This document shows, piece after piece, positions 44,835-49,841 of a DNA stretch of 49,841 bases. Position numbers and translations under genes: made by a program. The notes beneath the pieces are model-generated. The model saw nothing but the letters and a program-made list of their open reading frames with translations, made no database searches and was not told the origin of the DNA. The stretch lies in assembly GCA_030631665.1 (NCBI GenBank), contig DAOVKU010000001.1, forward strand, positions 1 through 49,841, in the 5' to 3' direction. The stretch is from Candidatus Omnitrophota bacterium (lineage in GTDB: Bacteria; Omnitrophota; Gorgyraeia; DAOVKU01). The first letter of the stretch is position 1. Each line of letters begins with the position of its first letter.

Positions 44835-44914
44835 ATCCATAGGGATACCCCTGAGGGCACAAGCACCCCAAGGGGGCACAGGTAGACCTTGCTATTCCTT
44901 AAAGCAAGGGTCTA
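44835..44914 (+). repeat. hairpin repeat family 1, copy G (long form), overlapping the kdsB 3' end
   Basis: Sequence is atccatagggatacccctgagggcacaagcaccccaagggggcacaggtagaccttgctattccttaaagcaagggtcta. Its 3' arm encodes the kdsB C-terminus LDPCFKE plus the stop. Confidence 0.8.
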
Positions 44915-45629
44915 ATTTTTCTTCTACTTTTTTAAAATCTTCCTCTGTATCAACGCCAATGGTATCGTAATCAATCTCAATAATTTTTATATTAATTGCA
45001 TTTTCCAGTGCCCTTAATTGCTCAAGTCCTTCTATTTTTTCAAGTGGGGTTTGGGCCATCTGAGAAAATTCAACTAGAAAATTCTTCCTATAGGCATAAA
45101 TACCGATATGTTTAAGATATCTGACTCCCGCCCTTTTTTGGTGATTATAAGGTATGAGTGCTCTTGAAAAATAAAGAGCGTTTGCGCTGTTATCAACTAC
45201 CACTTTAACTATATTTGGATCTTCGAGCTGTTCTCGCTTAGTGGTAGCAAAAGCTACGGAAACCATGCGTTGCTTGGGATTATCAATTAAAAAACGGACC
45301 ATTTTATTCAGAGTTTCCGATTTTATCAATGGTTCATCAGCTTGTATATTTAAAACAATTTCGCAATCTATCGCAGAGGCAACTTCAGCAACTCTATCAG
45401 TACCGCTTTTGTGTCTTGGGTGCGTCATTATAACCTGCGCACCAAAACTCTGAGCCTTTTCCTTTACCTCTCTATCGCAACAGGCAATTATGACTTTATT
45501 CAAGGCAGAAGCATTCTTTGCTCGCTGCCAGACATACCATAGAAGCGGCCTATTTGAAATTGGCTTTAATATTTTTTTTGCCAAACGCTTCGATTTTAAA
45601 CGCGCCGGTATAATACCAACTGCTTTCAT
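44892..45629 (-). CDS. kdsB: 3-deoxy-manno-octulosonate cytidylyltransferase (CMP-Kdo synthetase)
   Basis: 245 aa. Has IIPARLKSKRLAKK at the N-terminus, plus GTDR and QADEPL motifs. The last ~8 codons and the stop lie inside repeat copy G. Confidence 0.9.
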   Translation of the reverse strand: MKAVGIIPARLKSKRLAKKILKPISNRPLLWYVWQRAKNASALNKVIIACCDREVKEKAQSFGAQVIMTHPRHKSGTDRVAEVASAIDCEIVLNIQADEPLIKSETLNKMVRFLIDNPKQRMVSVAFATTKREQLEDPNIVKVVVDNSANALYFSRALIPYNHQKRAGVRYLKHIGIYAYRKNFLVEFSQMAQTPLEKIEGLEQLRALENAINIKIIEIDYDTIGVDTEEDFKKVEEKLDPCFKE

Positions 45630-45630
45630 T

Positions 45631-45696
45631 GAAAATTGGTTACTTGGTCATTGGTTAAATGATTAATTTACCCATGTCCGCCTGTGGCGGGCAAAG
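45631..45696 (+). repeat. mosaic module family 6, copy 2
   Basis: Sequence is gaaaattggttacttggtcattggttaaatgattaatttacccatgtccgcctgtggcgggcaaag. It lies immediately upstream of the kdsB start. The GC hairpin module is inverted and relocated relative to copy 1. Confidence 0.65.
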
Positions 45697-45704
45697 ATTA
45701 TCAA

Positions 45705-46688
45705 TCACCGGTTTTGTGATTTAATTTTCTGTTTCAATTCATCAAAATAACAAATAGCCGTACCAACTTTCCCAACCACGATACCGGCAGCATAATTAGC
45801 TAACAAAGCTGCCTCTTTCATCTTTGCTCCGGAGGAAAGTGCTAAAGTCAAAGTGGCTATAACGGTATCACCTGCACCTGAAACGTCAAAAACTTCCTGG
45901 GCAGTAGTGGGAATGTGAGTAATTTTATTTTTTTTCTCAAATAAATGCATGCCTTCTTCACCCAGTGTCATAAGCACAGCCTGACATTTTAACTTATTAA
46001 GCAAATGTAAGCCGCATTTATTTAAGCCAATCTCGGTGTCATTTTTCATATGAGTAGCAATCTGAGCCTCATATCTGTTTGGCGTAATAACGGTAAGGTT
46101 TTGATAATAAGAAAAATGATCTTCTTTTGGATCAACGGTGATAATCTTTTTATGACGCTGAGCTATGGCTTTTATCTTTTTTAAAAAAACAGGATTAATT
46201 ACACCTTTTCCATAATCCTCAATAAGAATGGCATCAACATCGTTGATTTTAGCCTTAACAAAATCCACGATTTGGTTAAGTATGTGGCCGGAAATATGAT
46301 CCCGACTCTCTTTATCTATCCTGACTACCTGCTGATGATGTGCAATAATGCGCGTCTTTAAAGTTGTAGGGCGCGTTTCATCCTTGATAACACCTTCGGT
46401 GTCAATAGAACGCTTTGTGAGTTCTTTAATTAATAACCGGCCCACGTTATCGTTGCCAATAATGCCTGCCAGTTGCACTTCCGCTCCCAGAGCAACTATA
46501 TTATTAGCCACATTAGCTGCTCCGCCCGGCAAATACGACTGTGAATTAACTTTTACAACCGGAACCGGCGCCTCAGGTGAAATACGATTTACATCGCCCC
46601 ATATAAACTCATCTAAGATTAAATCCCCGATTACAAGCACTTTCGACTTCTTAAACCCGGAGACAATTTTATTTAAAATATTTGGCAT
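45705..46688 (-). CDS. hldA: D-glycero-beta-D-manno-heptose-7-phosphate kinase (RfaE/HldE domain I only)
   Basis: 327 aa with a PfkB/ribokinase fold. Has the N-terminal VLVIGDLILDEF motif, GGAANVA and the DVSGAGDT anion hole. There is no fused adenylyltransferase domain. Confidence 0.85.
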   Translation of the reverse strand: MPNILNKIVSGFKKSKVLVIGDLILDEFIWGDVNRISPEAPVPVVKVNSQSYLPGGAANVANNIVALGAEVQLAGIIGNDNVGRLLIKELTKRSIDTEGVIKDETRPTTLKTRIIAHHQQVVRIDKESRDHISGHILNQIVDFVKAKINDVDAILIEDYGKGVINPVFLKKIKAIAQRHKKIITVDPKEDHFSYYQNLTVITPNRYEAQIATHMKNDTEIGLNKCGLHLLNKLKCQAVLMTLGEEGMHLFEKKNKITHIPTTAQEVFDVSGAGDTVIATLTLALSSGAKMKEAALLANYAAGIVVGKVGTAICYFDELKQKIKSQNR

Positions 46689-46755
46689 AATTTTGTGTAT
46701 ATTCTTTTATTTCATTAAGTTCTAACAATTCGGTTATTATAACATAACCTAATTC

Positions 46756-47844
46756 TTATGTCAAATGAGCTTTAATAGCCTCAAAGGCTTCCTTTGGTTT
46801 GATTTCCGACAAACACCTTTGCTGGTGACATTTAGTAAACTTAAAATTCCGGTAACAAGGACGACAATTCACAGAAGCGGTTAAAACTTTATCCTCACCT
46901 GAAAGCGGGTACGGCCCGTAAACCTTTTCGTCTACGGGTCCAAAAATAGAAACCGTCTTAAGGCCCTGGCTCTTAGCTATGTGAAGAGGGCCGCTGTCAT
47001 TACAAAGCACAACCTGACACCTTGCCATTAAAGCCGCTGATTGCTTTAAAGTACTTTTTAAACAGGCATTTATGCAATTGTGATTTATTAAATGCTCTAA
47101 TTGTTTGCATAATCCGGCTTCTTCCGGGCCACCAAGAATTAATGTTTTTAATCCTAATAATTGAAAAACCTGATTAGAAGCACTGGCAAAATTTTCTTTC
47201 GGCCAATGTTTATAAATAGCATCCTCACCCCAGCTTCCGCCTCCTCCGGGAAGAACGCAAAGTAATCTCTCCCCTTCGGCACATCCATGTTCTTTAAGAA
47301 AACTTTTTGAAAATTCAATATCTTCCGCGTTAAGATATAAATCTATTTTTTTATCACTATTTATTTTAATGCCCAGGAGACGAGCCAGATCCAGATAATA
47401 TTCAATAACATGCTTATCTTGATAACCGGCCAATTTAAGCCTGTGCGTTAAAAAACGCCCCCTTTTTTTATAATCAAAACCAACTCTTGTTTTTATTCTA
47501 AGAAAAACTTTTGCAAAAAATGAATATTCGGGCGCATTGGAAATATCAAACATAAGATCAAAATGTCTTTTTCTTAAAACACTTAAAAGAGAAAAAAACA
47601 TTTTAAATCTTTCTTTTAAAGAACTTTTGTCAAATTTACCTTTATTAAAAATAAAAATTTCATTGACATTCGGATTTTTTTCCAGAATCTCCCTTGTACG
47701 TGATCCCAAAAGACATGCTACGTAACAATGCGGAAAAGCCTGCCTCACCTTTTTGATTAAAGGCGTGGTAAATAATACATCTCCAATGCCATAAGGATTG
47801 ACAATTAATATTCTAGAAAATTTTTTTAACGGCATCCAAAACAT
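46756..47844 (-). CDS. glycosyltransferase family 9 (LPS heptosyltransferase-like)
   Basis: 362 aa. Has RILIVNPYGIGDVLFTTP at the N-terminus and C-terminal motifs NDSGPLHIA and IFGP. Confidence 0.8.
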   Translation of the reverse strand: MFWMPLKKFSRILIVNPYGIGDVLFTTPLIKKVRQAFPHCYVACLLGSRTREILEKNPNVNEIFIFNKGKFDKSSLKERFKMFFSLLSVLRKRHFDLMFDISNAPEYSFFAKVFLRIKTRVGFDYKKRGRFLTHRLKLAGYQDKHVIEYYLDLARLLGIKINSDKKIDLYLNAEDIEFSKSFLKEHGCAEGERLLCVLPGGGGSWGEDAIYKHWPKENFASASNQVFQLLGLKTLILGGPEEAGLCKQLEHLINHNCINACLKSTLKQSAALMARCQVVLCNDSGPLHIAKSQGLKTVSIFGPVDEKVYGPYPLSGEDKVLTASVNCRPCYRNFKFTKCHQQRCLSEIKPKEAFEAIKAHLT

Positions 47845-48850
47845 CCTCTGTCTTTATAGCTTTAAGGCACTCAAAATCTCTCTGGCAATTATGGGCAAGG
47901 CAAACCTTACAACCGACATCTTTATGAAGAACGATATCGTTTTTCCCTAAAGGCCCCCATCTTCTTGGGCTTAAGCCGGGTTGATTGCGGCCAAAAATAG
48001 CTACCACCGGCGTACCTACTGCCACGCTGATATGAACCGGACCAGAATCGTTTGAAATTAATAAGTCGCTCTCAGAAAGCAATGCGGCTATCTTGCCTAA
48101 AGATACGCCGCTTAAGATGCAAGCGGGTTTATTTTGACTCAAACGGTAAACATCATTTGCCGCTTGCTTATCTTCTTTGCCCACAAAAACAATTACTTGT
48201 GCTTTAAGTTTTTCCTGGAGGCAATCATTTAGTCTTGCAAAATTTTCAGCCGGCCATTTCTTAGAAATACAACTGGCTCCCGGATGCAGACAAAAAAGGG
48301 GCTTATTTCTGTCTATATTCTTTTCCAAAAAGAGGCCTTTAACCCACTTAAGATCATCTTCCTTAACCTTCATAAAAGGTTTTCTTTCTTTTGAATCTAT
48401 ACCTATTTCCCTTAAAAGCTCAAGATTATAATCAACTTCGTGCCTTAAACCTAAATGTTTCTCATCGGTGATGGCCGCACTTAACAAGAAACCCAATTTT
48501 CTATTAAAACCCACTCTCGTGCGTATACCGGCTAACCAGGTTATTAAATGGACACGGTTTGTGGGATGCAAAATAATAGCCAGATCAAATTTTTTCTTTC
48601 TCAAAGCAAAAGCAAATTTTAGAGAGGACAAAAAACTTCCCTGGCGCCCGTATTTATCATAAATAATGACTTCATCTAATAAGGGATTTCCATCCACAAT
48701 ATCTCTGGCATAAGGCCTGACCATCATAGCTATATAACTATGAGGATAAGCGTCTCTTATGGCTTTGATAACAGGCGTAGAAAGCAAAACATCTCCGATT
48801 CTATCTGTGCGAATTACCAAAATTTTATCTGCTTTTATCTTTTTATTCAT
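47813..48850 (-). CDS. glycosyltransferase family 9 (LPS heptosyltransferase-like)
   Basis: Has the motifs KILVIRTDRIGDVLLSTP, NDSGPVHIS and IFGR. The ATG at 48850 forms an ATGA overlap with the upstream stop. The track start (TTG at 48862) is less likely. Confidence 0.8.
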   Translation of the reverse strand: MNKKIKADKILVIRTDRIGDVLLSTPVIKAIRDAYPHSYIAMMVRPYARDIVDGNPLLDEVIIYDKYGRQGSFLSSLKFAFALRKKKFDLAIILHPTNRVHLITWLAGIRTRVGFNRKLGFLLSAAITDEKHLGLRHEVDYNLELLREIGIDSKERKPFMKVKEDDLKWVKGLFLEKNIDRNKPLFCLHPGASCISKKWPAENFARLNDCLQEKLKAQVIVFVGKEDKQAANDVYRLSQNKPACILSGVSLGKIAALLSESDLLISNDSGPVHISVAVGTPVVAIFGRNQPGLSPRRWGPLGKNDIVLHKDVGCKVCLAHNCQRDFECLKAIKTEDVLDAVKKIF

Positions 48851-49263
48851 TTGACCAGCCAAACGCCACCCACAATTAAAACTATACCAATTATACGATA
48901 GACAGTTATACTTTCTCCCAGAATAACTATACTTAGAAAAGCGGTAATTAATGGATAAGTCGCTGCCAGGGGAACAACTCTTGAAATCGCTCCTAATCTT
49001 AGAGCGTAATAGTAAGTTAACATACCAAGCAATCCTGCAAAAATAGCGCTTAAACTGAGTGCTACAGTAGTTTTCATGTCCATATTAAATAAAGCATCTG
49101 TTTTCTTGCATACAAAAGTTGCCAGCAACAAAAAAATGGTAACTACTATGCTTCTAAAAGTAAGAGCGGGTAAAACATCGGCGCCTCTTAATCCTATCTT
49201 ATCAAAAATAGGAGCCATGCCCCAGAAAAAAGCAGTTAAAATTAAAAAAATGACTATAGCCAC
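48847..49263 (-). CDS. half-size EamA/DMT-superfamily membrane protein (4 TM)
   Basis: 138 aa. It has four hydrophobic helices forming a single EamA-like domain (FFWGMAPIFDKIG). GTG start is preceded by AAAGGAG. It is embedded among GT9 genes. Confidence 0.65.
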   Translation of the reverse strand: MAIVIFLILTAFFWGMAPIFDKIGLRGADVLPALTFRSIVVTIFLLLATFVCKKTDALFNMDMKTTVALSLSAIFAGLLGMLTYYYALRLGAISRVVPLAATYPLITAFLSIVILGESITVYRIIGIVLIVGGVWLVK

Positions 49264-49283
49264 AATTAAACTCCTTTTTTTAA

Positions 49284-49841
49284 CTAAAACTTCCTCAACA
49301 CTTCCATGACCTTATTAAAAACTATATCCACACTTATTTTTTTAAGGCAGTCGGCCGGTTTCTTCCCAAAAATACATTGAGCTTTTTCGCACGGCTGACA
49401 ATCCAAATCAGCACTAATTATTTTATGCATCAAACCGCGGGGAGCATATTTTTTGGGATCGGTAGGACCGAATATGGCTATGACCGGAATATCTACTGCA
49501 GCCCCGAGATGCATGGGGGCACTATCGTTGGCAATTAAACAAGAGCATCTTTTTAGGACCTCAGCCAATATTCTTAAACTAGTCTTGCCGCATAAATTAC
49601 AAATGGAACTATCACTCTCACCCATTAGCCGGCAACAGCCTTCTTCGTCTTGCTTTGAACCAACTAAGACAATTTGTGAATCACTGTTTGCTTTAATTTG
49701 CTTCATAAGTTTAGCGAAATTCTCAAAGGGCCATGACTTTGTATCGCTTCTGGCAAAGGGATTTATGGCTACTAATTTCTTATCCTGCAAACAGCCGCAT
49801 TCTTTGAGCAAATGCCCTGCTTGTCTTTCGTCTTCTTTTGA
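49284..49841 (-). CDS. glycosyltransferase family 9, C-terminal part (5' end beyond the window)
   Basis: The reading frame stays open upstream of the track start to the window edge (SKEDERQAGHLLKECG...). Has the C-terminal GT9 motifs NDSAPMHLGAA and IFGPTDP. Confidence 0.75.
   Translation of the reverse strand, partial: SKEDERQAGHLLKECGCLQDKKLVAINPFARSDTKSWPFENFAKLMKQIKANSDSQIVLVGSKQDEEGCCRLMGESDSSICNLCGKTSLRILAEVLKRCSCLIANDSAPMHLGAAVDIPVIAIFGPTDPKKYAPRGLMHKIISADLDCQPCEKAQCIFGKKPADCLKKISVDIVFNKVMEVLRKF

Overview
AT-rich bacterial chromosomal segment. About 50 of 52 genes lie on the minus strand, with short or 4-nt overlapping junctions. The content points to an uncultivated diderm anaerobe, but I cannot place it taxonomically from sequence alone.

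Gene content is mostly housekeeping:
- cdsA (partial) and uppS, an OmpA-like protein, a K+-type membrane pyrophosphatase, purA, an AMIN/TPR protein and an HMGL-family synthase
- serA plus a class-V aminotransferase
- lon, clpP and tig, with no clpX between them
- a tRNA-Lys/Leu/Gly cluster, then trxA and trxB
- two small membrane proteins, a PEP-CTERM protein, pcm and a stand-alone GMP-synthase ATP-PPase subunit
- a three-gene module: 59-aa lipoprotein, 352-aa basic beta-repeat protein, TPR-fused 2TM K+ channel
- a beta-CASP hydrolase and two MscS-like channels
- a PIG-L deacetylase, a frameshifted GNAT, an HD hydrolase, rlmB, a Zn-ADH and a class I aldolase
- a complete MoxR-DUF58-BatA-E (aerotolerance-type) operon
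- an LPS inner-core block: kdsB, heptose kinase, three GT9 heptosyltransferase-like genes and a half-size DMT protein

No CRISPR array, transposase, integrase, phage gene or recognisable defence genes are visible.

The most unusual signal is non-coding. Almost every intergenic gap longer than about 60 nt is filled with GC-richer, hairpin-forming interspersed repeat modules from at least six families.

One family is a 45-48-nt hairpin, TWATCCAC-RGGGATAGACC...GGGTCTWA, with 9 copies, all in the same chromosomal orientation. Its copies do the following:
- lie in 5' leaders
- supply Shine-Dalgarno and start sequences
- form a tandem dimer between convergent genes
- encode the last codons and stop of kdsB
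- sit in frame inside the 352-aa CDS, as Rickettsia RPE elements do

All functional calls are made by eye from motifs and gene order. No database search was run.
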